NCBI RefSeq assembly: GCF_964213995.1
Contig: NC_135812.1
Span: 43,586,001 to 43,650,000 of the forward strand
DNA length: 64,000 nt
Origin: Mustelus asterias
Lineage: Eukaryota
Direction: 5' to 3'
The notes under the pieces are model-generated. The model searched no databases and was not told where the DNA came from. It saw only the letters and a program-made list of their open reading frames with translations. Position numbers and translations under genes: made by a program. Below are positions 1 to 13,109 of the stretch, one piece after another (the first letter of the stretch is position 1; every line of letters starts with the position of its first letter).

Positions 1-335
1 GATCCATCGTAGCAGCAGTGTGTACCATCTGAAAGATGCAACGGCAGGAACTCAAGATTCCTTAGACAGCACCTTCCCAAACCCACGACCACTACCATCC
101 AGAAGGATAAGGGCAGCAAGCAATTGGGAATACCACCACCACAGGTTTTCTGCCAGCCCACTCACCACCCTGGCTTGTAAATGTATCGCCATTCCTTCAC
201 TGTCGCTGGACCAAAATCTAGAAACTCACTCCCTAACAGTACTGTGGCTGTACAAAAACCATATGGACTGTAGCGGTTCAAGGCAGCTCACCACTACCTT
301 CTCAAGGGCAGTTACAGATAGGCAATAAATTCCAG
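1..335 (+). mobile_element. 3' end of a LINE (CR1/L2-group shark family), truncated by the window edge
   Basis: The same sequence family recurs at 8650-8880 and at 20617-20755 plus 21950-22395 in the opposite orientation; it ends near GGCAATAAAT. Family assignment is by recall. Confidence 0.55.
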
Positions 336-337
336 CC

Positions 338-642
338 TAGACTGCTGCCTCAGAGCGTCAGGGACCCGGTACGATTCCCGGCTTAGGGAACTGTGTGTGT
401 GTGTGGAGTTTTCACGTTCTCCCCATGTCTGCGTGGGTTTCCTCGGGGTGCTCCGGTTTCCTCCCACACTCCGAAGATGTGCAGGTTAGGTGGATTGGCT
501 ATGCTAAATTGCTCCTTAGTGTCAGGGGGACTAGCTAGGGTAAATGCATGGGGTTATGGGAATAAGGCTGGGTGGGATTGTGGTCGGTGCAGACTTGATG
601 AGCCAAATGGCCTCCTTCTGCACTGTAGGATTCAATGATTCT
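338..642 (+). mobile_element. HE1-like tRNA-derived SINE
   Basis: Conserved core GGGTTTCCTCxGGGTGCTCCGGTTTCCTCCCACA, B-box-like GATTCCC, and CR1-like 3' tail (AATGGCCTCCTTCTGCACTGTAGGATTC). More than 12 copies in the window. Confidence 0.85.
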
Positions 643-2429
643 AGACAGTGAAGCCCATATCCTTTGAATGAATAAGGAAAATATACTGAATGATCTCTGG
701 TTCAATTGCTAATTTTGTGCAATTCACAGCTTCACAACACTCTGCTTTTTCCTGCTCTCTTTCTTAATTCCAGACACCATAGTATTGATTCAGTCTCACC
801 TGCGAGGTCCAGTAATGTTTTGGGTTAAATGGGCAAGGAGAGGAACTCCAGACACATTCATCAATATCATTGTTTTGAGACTGACACAACCAGGAGGAAG
901 TCCTCTCTCTATGGAACAGTTATTTTCAGAAGCGTCCAAACAGGAAACTGTAGTTGCACAAGAGTTATCAGACAAAAGGATGCATCACAAAGTAGCAGCT
1001 CAAAGGTCCCAAGAAGACAATCTAGAGGAAGAGCTAACTTTAGCAGCTAAGCTCTCACAAAAATAGATCGTAAATGGGAAATATATGAATTCTTTGGCTC
1101 CATCACTTGCTTCAAGCACCACGCTAATGCTGATTTGCAAAATAGAAGTCCTTCAAAGCAGTTAGTGGTAGAACAGAAGGTAAAATGTTGTTCAACCTGT
1201 ATATTATAGGTGAGAACAGGATCAGCTGTAATGGCTGAAGATCATCACAACTGATTATCTTAGTGTTAAATTACGAAAGGAGTCATTGAATAATAAAGAA
1301 TGGGAACAGAGGCTCATTTTGGCTACCCCTAGTCAGAGCAACCCTACCGCCAGGTGAAACCAGCCAAAGTAAATAACTTTCTGGTTTTGTGTTACACCCA
1401 TCAGGATAGCTCTATATTTTCCAAGTGCTTCAGCCAAATAAATGGCTTCAGATGTCTGAGACACACAGAAACCATGATTAGCCATTCATTATTGAAATAC
1501 TGGCAGAACAAAATTCTGTTCTTCACTGCTAACAGCAACTAACATTTGCTTTGCTGATCACGTGGCTAAAAACACTGCACACTTACACCACAGCAGCAAT
1601 TTTTAGGTGGGGTCAGGACGGGGAGAGAGGGGGAAGAGAGTGATATTGACGTGATATTATATCATGTAAGGCTGCAGGTAGATTGACCTAAAGAGCAAGA
1701 ACAAACATTTTTCAGGCTTGTTATGCACACAGAGGCTAAACTCTGGAGGGAATGTATTTAATTTATCCACTAGCTTATATGGTATTTAGCGTAACAAGAA
1801 GAGTACATTCCTGCAAGACTGTCGATTCAGCTACAAAATTAACCCACAAAACAGACTCTGTGGAGGCCTAAAAAATAAAGAATCCCTGATCAGTCACAGT
1901 CCTGCAAATGGACTCAGCAACAAGTTATTGGGTCGAGTAAAGAGAAAATAGACCAGGACTGAAATAAGCAGGCATTGATGTTGCAGGAGAATAGAATTGG
2001 ACCCTGACCTGACCCACTATCTGGATGCATCTGTAAAGAATGGCCACCGAGTCTGATCAGATTGCAACCTTGGACTTGACACTGAGTCATGACTTTAGAC
2101 AGCAACAGACAGGGCCTATGGGTTTGCCATTCACCCTATATACAAATGAACCAAACTGCAACATTAATTAATGGAAACAACCACCAACATTTCCATCAGC
2201 CCACCATCCTCCAGCAAAATGATTTGGCTATAGAGAAGATAGAATAGTATTAATAGCATTTGGCAAGCATAAGTCAAACAGGCTTTATCCATCTTTTCCC
2301 CACTTCTCCCATTCCCATCCGCAGTTTTCTTTTCTCATTTCCTAAAATACTTACAGTATGAATCATTGTAACTTATAACCATATCACCTGCCGTGTCTCT
2401 GTTGAATCTTTGGAAGAGCTGTCATATTA

Positions 2430-2590
2430 GTCCCACATTTCTGTCCCACTTTTGTGCCCATAACCCTGTAAACTCCTCATCTTCAAGAAGGTCTCCAATT
2501 CCCTTTTAAAGTTATTTATGGAAGCCACTTCCATCGCCTTTTCAGTTAGAGTGTTCCAAATCCTGACGACTCTGAATGAACAAAATTTCA
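2430..2590 (-). mobile_element. CR1 LINE 3' fragment
   Basis: Translation RVVRIWNTLTEKAMEVASINNFKRELETFL is the typical CR1 ORF2 C-terminus. Confidence 0.75.
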
Positions 2591-3629
2591 ATGCAGTGCA
2601 CATCCGCGTGAAACAGGGATCCATCACATGACTACAATTTGGGTGGGGTTTGGTCATTCATTTGTGAGAAAGCAAACTAGTTAAAACATCAAAGCCCAGC
2701 CCTATCAGTGACAGTGGCCAGGAACAGAAGCCTTGCTCAATTCGTGCACAGGAGGCAAATATAGTGTTCCCATTGCTGCCCAGGCCAAGAGCTCAAAAAT
2801 TGTTTTATTTTAAGTGTTTTGCTTAAGCGCATTCATATTTTTAAAAAATACACATGGCTGACTGTTTTCTGCCTAAGTAAGGCTGCTACCTCATCCACAG
2901 CAGTGACAACATTCATCCAATATTTGACGATAATGAGAGTAGCTGTCACACTTCAGACATCACGTGTCAAAAGTATGGACATAAATGAGAAATGGTGCCT
3001 ATGTTCATTCCTGACATGGAGCCAAAACTTCACAAGTTCCTGGCAGACTTCCCTCAGCAAACAGCTGCTAAACCCTGGCTGACCTCAGGATCTACTTAGA
3101 CCACTTCCCCACAGATTACATCTGCCTTAAAAAGCCAAGAGCTAAACATAACGGTCTTCCAGGCACGTGGTGATCAAAGCCACAGAGCCACTTGTATCTA
3201 AAAATTGAAAGAATTGGCTCTCCTTGTAATGTGCGTCTTTTTGTCAGGGTTATTGAACATAGCTGGTTAAAAACAAGTGTTAAGAGTTGCAAACAAAGTG
3301 TTACAGGAAGCAGCTTCACATCTTCACCACAGACAAAGCCATGGAAGATCATTTTGATGCTTTCAGTTCTCCCTTTAAAAAGAGTAAAGTTCATTGGTTT
3401 GTTATAAATCAATAATTTTTCTTTTGATAGAGCCAGAGGTGCCGCAACTGTCTGATATGGTGGAAATTCCCCACGGTGAGGAAAGCAAAACTACATAATT
3501 GGATTGAAGTAAAACATTTTGCCTCTTGGCCCATTGGACAAGTTAGCTCACTGTGCAAGAAAACCTATTAGATAAAAATAAACCCCACATATATGCTGAT
3601 AACACCCAGCTCTGTTTTACCACCAACCC

Positions 3630-3982
3630 ATAGAACCTCTACAGTGCAGAAAGAGGCCATTCGGCCCATCAAGTCTGCACCGACAACAATCCCACCCAGG
3701 CCCTATCCCCATATCCCTACATATTTACCTGCTAATCCCTCTAACCCTCATATTTACCCACTAATCTACGCATCCCGGGACACTAAGGGGCAATTTAGCA
3801 TGGCCAATCAACCTAACCCGCACATCTTTGGACTGTGGGAGGAAACCGGAGCACCCGGAGGAAACCCATACAGACACGAGGAGAATGTGCAAACTCCGCA
3901 CAGACAGTGACCCGAGCCGGGAATCGAACCCAGGTCCCTGGAGCTGTGAAGCAGCAGTGCTAACCACTATGCTACCGTGCGC
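3630..3982 (-). mobile_element. HE1-like SINE
   Basis: Reverse complement of the same SINE core, head and tail. Confidence 0.9.
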
Positions 3983-4039
3983 CCCTTGGCCAATCAACCT
4001 AACCCGCATTTGTCATGCTGTTTGTCCAGTTTTCGATTA

Positions 4040-4590
4040 GCACAAACTTCCACTCTGGAGCATCTTTGGCAGAGCCAGTTTGCAACTACAATTTCTGACT
4101 CCATATCCTCTCCATAACTGACCCCTATTTACACCTGTGCAACATCACCTGACTCCACCCATCTCAGCTGATCCACTGGTGAAGCCCACATCCACAACCT
4201 TGTTGTTTCTAGGCTCAACCATTCCAATTCTTTCCTGATTGGTCACCAACTGTCCAATCTCAGGAAAGGAGCTTTCACCATGTTCCATTCACACATCACC
4301 TGCTGATCTACAATGGCTTCAGGTCCACAAAGTTTTGAATTTACAGTTCTCATCCTTGTGTTCAAATCCTTCCATGGGCTTAACCCAACCTACCTCTGTA
4401 ACCTCCTCCAGCTCCACACTCCTCTCTGATATCGGCACTCCCCCAATTCTGGTCTCTTTCACATCCCCAATTTTCCACACCCACAGGTGGCAAGGCCCCA
4501 CTCTCTGCACTTCACTCCCTTGACCTTGCAACCTCTCTACTGCTCTCTCCTCCTTTACATCACCCTTAAAAACTTTAACCAGGCATTTGC
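4040..4590 (+). mobile_element. Degenerate L2-type LINE 3' fragment
   Basis: Decayed match to the L2 ORF2 C-terminal motif region (GAAGCCCACATCCACAACCTTGTTGTTTCTAGGCTCAACCATTCCAAT); a related copy lies at about 11510-11900. Confidence 0.5.
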
Positions 4591-5886
4591 TGAAAGGATT
4601 GCTGAGTCTTGTGACACAATTTTATCTTTTGTTAACTGCTTCAGGAGATGGTATTTCCAGTCATGTTTATAAGGTTACAGGGATGCTTGATGGTTGTACT
4701 GGGGGTGGATGTGCAACAGGTCATTTGGTCTGTGTATTTAAACATGAGATTGAGAGCTAGATCCCCAAAATGGATGCTTGCTTCTGACTTCAGTCACTTT
4801 TGCAATGATGCTGATCATAACCAGCTCTCCAGCTATTCTCAGTCCTATTGGTGGAGGAGCCTGACTAAGAAGTTGCGTGGAAAAATTGCAGGAAAGGGCT
4901 ACAGCTATCAATGTGGGCACAATGCTCTGGAACACTGTTCGATCAGCTGATTGCAAAAGTTTCTTCAATTCAAATTTGGCAGCCTCACGAGGACTGCAAT
5001 TGCTTAGTGCATGAAGACCTCATGTGCAGGGTCAAACAGGGGCTTTTGGCAGGATATTTGACTCTGGGCAGAATCACAGCTAGGGTCGCCAAACTGTCCT
5101 CACCTAGCACGAGGACAAAACAGGATCCATTCAATATAGACCAAGTGTTAGAACACACAGACAATTGATTCCCCTCTCTCTCTTCCCAATCCTTTGGCAC
5201 ATTGATTCATCTCAGGCAGTGAAGCAGTTGGGAAAATACAATTGGTCTTAGCATTTCTTCACTGGCAAAGAAAATGTCAATCAGTTGTTCTGAGCTTGGT
5301 CTACATTTTGTAGAACGGAAGGATGGGCATGTGAGAATAATAGACAGGGACGAGTCAGACCATACTGTGATTTGCTTTGGGGTCAAATGTCCTGGCAGCA
5401 CTTGCCATTCAGGCGCACACAAGAGGAAGCTCGATTTGGGAAGGGCACCTGTGAAATTGCATTCCAGCAGTAACATGAGGGTGAAGAAAACTGAAAGGAA
5501 AGAGCAGAAAGCAACATCTGGCTCTAGTGTGTAGAGTGATGTTTTAATATAAATTGCCAAAACCCCTTCAATTTTTAAAAAAACTTTGCCAAGCTGTCAG
5601 GGGGCTGGGGGGATTTCTGGTAAAATCAATGAAAGTGATACTGCGCAAATGGCTTCACGCGGCCTGCCATACACAATATTGTGTAGAGAGGTTAGTTGTT
5701 GCTGCAGGGATATATCTTGGCTATTTAATGATTGACAGGTTATTAAAAATCAGGAACTTCATGTTGCAATAGTTATCTTATTTATTCATATTCTATTCAT
5801 AATACATCCAAAATCTTCACCTCTTGGCCAATTTTTTCCTTTCTCGCTGACCTGCTGAAGGAGCCTGGGGTGCAGTTCTACGAAGA

Positions 5887-6248
5887 CAGCAGCACAGTGG
5901 TTAGCACAGCTGCCTCACAGCGTCAGGGACCTGGGTTCAATTCCCGACTTGGGTCACTGTCTGTGTGGAGTCTGCATGTTCTCCCCGGGTCTGTATGGGT
6001 TTCTTCCGGGTGCTCTGGTTTCCTCCCACAGTCCAAAGATGTGCAGATTAGGTGAATTGACAATGCTAAATTGCCTCTTAGTGTCCAAAGATGTGCGGGT
6101 TAGGGGAATTCGCAGGGTAAATATGTGGGGTACATATTACGTAATACAGAGGAAGAGCAGGGGGTTGGCCTGGGAAAGATGCTCCGTTGAAGAGTCAGTG
6201 CAGACTCAACAGGCTGAATGGCATCCTCTGCACTGGACAGATTCTATG
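5887..6248 (+). mobile_element. HE1-like SINE
   Basis: Head CAGTGGTTAGCAC...GGTTCAATTCCC, conserved core, CR1-like tail. Confidence 0.88.
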
Positions 6249-6477
6249 CCTGGCCACGAGCAAGTGTTCACAAGTTGTTCTGATCACTATCCCAGCAACT
6301 CCCAGCTGAACACGTGCAATGTTGAGTGGACACTGTTTTCTCTCAAGTCAATGCTTAACAGCTTTAGCTCCTGGTAGATCAAACAAAAGCAGAAACATGA
6401 GTGGAAATTTTAAGAACTTCCACTCTAGCTCCTACTTCTGCTTTGGTAATGGTTGCTCTACTTAGCAGAAACAGGGA

Positions 6478-6557
6478 AGAGAAACTGAGATCTTCCAGGA
6501 TGATTGGCTGGTGACACATTCACTTACATCAGGGGAGCTGAATTTATTGGCCCTTCC
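6478..6557 (+). repeat. 80-bp segment duplicated exactly at 8416-8495
   Basis: Direct base-by-base comparison; constant offset of 1938 bp. Confidence 0.95.
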
Positions 6558-7211
6558 CAAATTGCAATCACCAGTGACTTGCATGCCTGTTTTCCTCTTA
6601 ACCCTTCTATCCCAAAGTCCATCACTTTCAGACCTTCACCCAACCAAGTGGCCTTTCTAATATGGATTTTCACAGCAAGCATTGGCAGACTATTTGACCC
6701 TGAAGGTATAGTCTCATGGTTGGGCCAATCCTATTCAGAGTTCAGGCTTGAAACAAAGTGGCCATTTCCATACAAAGAGGACTTCACGGTGAATCAGCAA
6801 ACCATCTGGCCCAGATGAGCATCACAGCATACGTCTGGTTTGGATGCTGTGTGGATCTGGGTGCCCAGCGAAGGTAGATTTATGCTGAGCTGTGAAACTA
6901 AGGGATGACATATGAATCAGTCAGTTTTGGAGGACTGAATATTTGTCGAACTATGCACAGCATGAGACGCAACACCAACTGAGAGATGGAAACAGCCCGA
7001 AACCATCTGATTCCTATACCATAATATCTAAAGTGAAGCTTTATTTTTAATGATGTGGATGGCTCACAGATAAATGTCTACTGCACAATGGAAAAAGACA
7101 GGTAGGCTACTTGTTGATATTAATAAGTGATGCATATGTCACAACTATAGGAAATGTGCTGCTATTCCCATCTTCACTATTACTAGGTTTACAGACAAGG
7201 TGGAAAAACCT

Positions 7212-7340
7212 ATTCTGATCAAAGTCACAAACTTGAAATGTTAACTCGGTTTCTCTCTCTCTCTCCAGATCTGTGGAATATTTCAAGCATTTTTTACTTT
7301 CTACTCCAGATTTTCAGCATCTGCAAGTTCTCATTTTGTG
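7212..7340 (+). mobile_element. Degenerate PLE-terminus repeat (family B)
   Basis: Similar to the arms at 47820-47910 and 61130-61210; decayed CTGAT..A...GAAA motif at 7215-7245. Confidence 0.5.
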
Positions 7341-8415
7341 AAAAACACCTCGAACTGGATCTGCCATAACCTTGATTCATTGCAGGTTTATCTGCAAGGA
7401 GCTGCAAGCATTACTCACTTGCCCAAATGAACAAATTCCAAAAATCATTTATGTAACAGCATCTTTTTCCGTCCAGCCAGTGGCTTGAGAGAAGACTCAG
7501 CTTACTGCTGCAAATAAAAACCACCCACTTTTTCTCTCAGTAACCTCAAAAAATACTCGCTGGCAGCTGGGATCTTCTCACCTACTATGCTGGTGACCAC
7601 AGGAGGCTCTGTTATCAGGTGGTGGCGTCTGTAGCCAGTTAAGCAGGCAAGACGCAAATGTGGTAGAGACAAGAGGCAAAGGCAGAAAAATACATGCAGA
7701 GGCAAGAATCAAAGTATAGGTCAGAAAGGAAAGTTAGGCAGCAAATGTGGGGAAAACCAGATGACAGTCAATCAGCATTTCAGGTCTGAGTTCAGAGGAA
7801 ATGTCTCAGATTAGAATCATCAACTGGCTGAATTCGGTTTCTCCACAGTTTCTGTCTTAAGTACTGATTATATCCAGTTCTTCAGTTTCATTTTCTGATC
7901 TGCTGTGTGTTGCTCTGAGCTTTCTGATCTTCTTCTCAGTTTGACTGCATTTGAGTGGTGGGACAGGTGGGAGTGTGTCTGAGGGGACAGAAGTGATTAG
8001 AAGCAACTGTGGGGATAAGGATGAAGGTGACAAGGATGAGAGCAGATAAAGCAGAAAGAGAAAGATATATATTCTGATAATAGGGTCAGGAAAAGTAGAA
8101 AGCTCAAAAATCATTTGTTAGTATAGAATGAGATAAAGTTGTGTTGCATAAAACAAGCCTGGGCACCAGTTGGATTATTAAAATGAGTAATTAGTCCAAT
8201 AGTAATTATAAGAAACCAAGAAATTATCCAATACAGACAACCTGAAAAGTTAATATGCTGCAAAAACTCCAGAACTTACAGGTTCTCTCAAACATTCTAA
8301 TCCACAATTAAAACTACCGCTAAAACTGAAAGGCAGAAAAGTAAACAAACATGTGGAAAAATTAAATCAGTGACTGTAACTTCTGGTGTGTTTATAGACT
8401 ACATTAGAGGCAATT

Positions 8416-8495
8416 AGAGAAACTGAGATCTTCCAGGATGATTGGCTGGTGACACATTCACTTACATCAGGGGAGCTGAATTTATTGGCCCTTCC
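8416..8495 (+). repeat. Second copy of the 80-bp exact duplication (6478-6557)
   Basis: Identical sequence AGAGAAACTGAGATC...GGCCCTTCC. Confidence 0.95.
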
Positions 8496-9210
8496 AACAT
8501 CCCACCAGCTATTATCAGACAGATAGTGAAACACCGCAGCCCCCCACTCCCTCCACGGCCATTACCAGACAGGCAATGATTTGCAAACATGGAAAATAAT
8601 CTAATGAAAAAGCACTATTCGGGTTGAAGCTTTCAGTGTAAACTACTCATCATGGGAGGTGGGCGTCGCTCAGCATTTGTTGCCCATCCCCAATTGGCCT
8701 CAAGAAGGTGGTGGTGAGCTGCCTCCTTGAACCACTATAGTCCATGAGTTGAAGGAGCATCCTCAGATTAGAATCATCAACTGGCTGAATTCTGTTAGGA
8801 AGAGAGTTCCAGGATTTTGACCCAGCAACAGTGAAGGAACAACATCATAGTTCCAAGTTAGGATGGGAGGGGAATTTGGTATATTGCAGTTCCTTTTTGC
8901 CAATAACTTTTAATTATGTATACTGTTTGCCAGAGCTGAACATAGCAGATAAATATAACCAGGCAGGCAGGAAGAACAAAACTTGGCTATCATCATCGGG
9001 AGGAAAAGCCTCAGGAAGCCTAGCAAATACTGTCCAGTATAGATTCAAAAGAGGCTAATATTTATTTTATTATTCCAAAGAATAAGGTACCTTAAAGATT
9101 TCCACATTTTAAATAACGTTCCTGTTATTGATCAAGCAAAGGAGAGGAAAGGAGGACAAAAACAACAGCTTATTTCAAGTGATTCCCTCATGTCAGCGTG
9201 AAAGTAGGAA

Positions 9211-9233
9211 GGGGGGGGGGGGGGGGGGGGGGG
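9211..9233 (+). repeat. Poly-G tract (G23)
   Basis: Seen directly. Confidence 0.9.
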
Positions 9234-9515
9234 TGCGGTTGTGAGACGGCTCGGATACAAGTAATTGAACGGATAATGCAAAGTCCCTTCTTTTAAGATC
9301 AGCCATGATCTTATTGAATGGGGCCAGATGGCCTACTCCTGTTCCTAGTTCTTGTGTAATTATTTTAATTGAGTGGCATCTGATTAATGATATCCTAAAA
9401 CAACATGCACATAAGTCAGGCGCAGGGTCTCCCACCCATCAATTCAAGCATCACTTTTGCCAAGAATGACAACTGAAGCCAACTTGTCTTTGGAAAACAG
9501 AATACTAGTCCTAAT

Positions 9516-9537
9516 CCCCCCCCCCCCCCCCCCCCCC
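9516..9537 (+). repeat. Poly-C tract (C22)
   Basis: Seen directly. Confidence 0.9.
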
Positions 9538-9987
9538 AACGCAGAGCAGCACAGAATCTCACTCCAACTAGAGTTCTGCTAAACTGCCCTGCAGAAAGTA
9601 TGCCTAGTTTCTTTGCATGGGCTGTAGTAGATCCGAAGCACTTCATGTTAAACTGAAGTCACAGGCTGATGCACAGATCACCACGTGGTTTACAAGTCAA
9701 TCATTTACCTTCTCTGTGATCAGTGCCTCCAGCAAATCGGGTTCCACCTGTTTCTTCAACCAACCTCCCGAAGAACATGTTTAATTTAAACCCATTCAGT
9801 ATCCAACCTAACGTCTCTCAAACTGGCTTCTGACTGGGAACAACTGATGATGACGACTGACAGGTGAAAGCACTCCATTAGTGGCAGGTTGAGAGCAAGT
9901 AGCTATAGTATTCAACATTTCTGTTCAGAAATTTATAAAGTTTAAACATAATTCTATGGCTATACACAAGAATAAAAGTAGGAGGAG

Positions 9988-10330
9988 AATCATAGAATCC
10001 CTATAGTGCAGAAGAGGTCATTTGGACCATCGAGTCTGCATCGACTCTCCAAAAGAGCATCTTAACCATGTCCACCTCCTCATTCTATCTCCGTAAACCC
10101 ACACATTTACCATGGCTAATCCACCTAACCTACATATCATTGGACACCAAGGGATAATTTAGCATGGCCAATGCAACCAACCTGTACTTCTTTGGAGTGT
10201 GGGAGAAAACCAGAGCACCCGGAGGAAACCCATGCAGACACGGGGAGAACGTGCGACACAGTCATCCAAGGCCGGAATCAAACCAGTGTGCCTGGCGCTG
10301 AGACAACCATTGAGCCACCATGTTGTCCTT
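9988..10330 (-). mobile_element. HE1-like SINE
   Basis: Reverse-complement core GGGAGAAAACCAGAGCACCCGGAGGAAACCCATGCAGAC and tail CATAGAATCCCT. Confidence 0.85.
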
Positions 10331-10884
10331 AACCGACCGTGCCACAGGAGTAGGCCACACAGCCCATCAAGTCTGCCCTTCATTCAGCAATACCATGACT
10401 GAACTTCTACATTAACTCTACTTTCCCCACCCAATGTCAATATCCTTAGATTCCCCTAGTTCCCAAAAATCTATTGATCTCAACCTTGAATATACTCAAT
10501 GACTGAGGGTGCACAGGTTTAAAATAAAGAACACCGAAAATTTCACACACGAGTGAAAAAATCTCTTTTGGTCCATTCCTTATGTGGCACTTCTATAGAT
10601 GATGCAATATGAAGAGATATATAAAAGAGACAATGCAATTAATGTGGCCCTTTTGCAACCTTATCCATGTCAATAGAATAAACTTGCTATGTTTTACCTG
10701 TTCATGTTCTCACCACTACCTCAAACCAAACATATTAAAATAGCATCTTTCAGAATTTCAGGAAGTCTCAAATACTTCTCAGCCAATGAATTTCTTTTGA
10801 AATGTAGTAACTCTTGTAATGTGGGGAAATTTGACAGCCAACTTGCATACAGCAAGATCCCAAAAACAGCAATGATATAAACTT

Positions 10885-11312
10885 CAGTTACAAAGATAGA
10901 CTGGAGAAGTTGGGACTATTCTCCTTGGATAAGAGAAGCTGAGAGGCGATTTGATGGGAGTATTCAGCGACATGAAGGGTCAGGACAGACTACACAAGAA
11001 ATTCTTCCCATGTGTGAATAGATCGAGAATGAGAGGGCACAGATTTAAAGTAATTGCCAACAGAAGCAAAAGCAACTGGAGGAAAAACCTTTTCGTGCAG
11101 CAAGTGTTTAAGATCTGGAATGTACTGCCTTGAGTGCGATGGAGGAAGGTCGAGTCGAATCATTCAAAAAGGAATTAGACTTATCTGAAAAGGAAAATGT
11201 GCAGGGTTATGGGGAGAAACAGGGGAACGGCACTACGTGAATTGCGCCTTTGGAGAGCTAGTGCAGACATGATGGGCTGAATGGCCTCCTATTGCACTGT
11301 ATCAATTCCATG
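10885..11312 (+). mobile_element. CR1 LINE 3' fragment inserted in a Deu-type SINE
   Basis: Translation SRMRGHRFKV...RKNLF.QQVFKIWNVLP followed by a CR1 3' UTR. Confidence 0.8.
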
Positions 11313-12229
11313 AAATGACCAGATGATTTGTATTTCAAGGATGCTAAATGAGGGATAAATGTTTGCCAGACACAAGAACATTTTTGCTTTTCTTCAAATT
11401 TTTTACATGCTTTTGTTGCTGTATTGTGAATTATCTACAATAGCATTGGACTTGTTTGGTTTTTTGTGCTCCCTATGAGAGCGTCTGTACTCTTGTATCA
11501 ATCCTCAAATAGGAATATCCTAACCAAATTCTGCTCACCCATCATCCCTGCATTTACTGACTTACATTAACTCTCAATTTGGCAACATGTTGATTTCAAA
11601 ATTCTTAACCTTGTTTTCCAATCCCTTCAATGGTTTGGCTCTCCTCATCTATGTAACTTTCTCTGCCTCTCAATCTCCAATTTCTGTGCTCCCAATTTTC
11701 ATCGATACACTGTTGGTGGCTGGAGCTTCAGTTGCTTTGGCTCTAAGTTCTGGAATTCCCTCCTTCAACCTCTTTCTTCACAAATACTGCCCCCATTGGC
11801 TTGTGTATCCTCATGTGACTTGATGCCCAATTTTGTTTGATAATGCATGAAGCACCTTGGGATGTTTTATTATGTACGAATGTGTATGTTGCTGTAAACT
11901 TGGTTTAAAACAGAATTAGCTCAAAAGGTGGGTTTAATGCCAATTGGACACATACATTTCCCCGGGCATGTTGAGACTGCTACAATGCACGGCCAGTCTA
12001 CTGTTCCCAAAGTCACAATATAGGCTAGGCAGTCAAATATATGGGAAAAACAATGCACCAATTGTTATATCACTGTGCCATTGAGTGCATTCAATACAAC
12101 TGCAGCTACTAATTCACCCTTGGTATTTCCATGTAGAGCCTAGATTAAGCCGAAAGGTTCTGTATCATCGATTCCTCAATGTCCTTTCAATTGTAAATGA
12201 ATGTACTGCATTAATGTTTAATACTATAC

Positions 12230-12791
12230 CTTGAACCATTGGTGAAATGTGAACCAGAAGTTGCTGTAGTACCAGGCCAATTAGAACTTGTGAAAGGCAT
12301 TGGGCCCATAGATGCTGGCCTCTTGCTATAAGGGGAGTATCCATGGTTATGAGACATCATTAGAGATGACCTGTTTGAAGTCAGCTGAGTAGAAGGACCT
12401 GCTAAGTTGGAGACAATGTGTCGACTACGATTTAAAATGGGGCCAGAACCAGTATAAGCTAGACACTGATTGCAAGAGCAGATCTGACCTCTGTGAATTG
12501 GTCCAAGAACAGCTGACGGATAGGGTGCATCAGAAAGTCTTTGAACTCGTCTCCTGAACCCAGTGATTCTATTTATTTGAGATGAGCTGGTCAAATCCAC
12601 TATGTAATTGTAACCAAATTGCCCCAAGTCAGCTATCTGCTGCCGTCCAGTGACGCACTCCTCTATGAAAACGGAGATATTCATTTCATAGGCTGTCCAG
12701 CCACCTTCATCATTCTCCCATTGCCAGAACAATCCCTGTCCTGGTGCAGATGACTGAGCGTAAAGCTGCCTCCTCACTCGTCGCATTCTTC
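12230..12791 (-). CDS. DTX2: Deltex E3 ubiquitin ligase 2, coding exon 2 (second WWE domain and linker)
   Basis: RMRRVRRQLYAQSSAPGQGLFWQWENDEGGWTAYE...LGQFGYNYIVD...CSCNQCL matches the DTX2 WWE2 region. Acceptor tttacAG ends at 12792 and donor GT starts at 12229. Phase 1 joins exon 1 (D-T-G|R-M). Confidence 0.93.
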
Positions 12792-13109
12792 CTGTAAAGA
12801 AGATTGTGAAATAGGGAAATTAAATTAAATTGAGAACACACAGTAAAACACAGATTTATGATCACACAGCCAAAAAATATGAATCCTCCCCTTTAGAAGG
12901 CTTGTGCTTGTAATGTTTCACTCTGTAGACTGAGTAAAGATTTACTCCAGCACTATCCTTCACTAACTGGCTTTATGGAGCACAACAGTGCAGGGAATAC
13001 CGGATGCATCTGTAACAGGTAGACTGGTGGTTACAAGGTCAAATAGATTTTTCCCTCATGTTGGTCTTCTCACCACCTGTTGCAAGCCCAATCTGGTAGA
13101 TTTGTCCTT

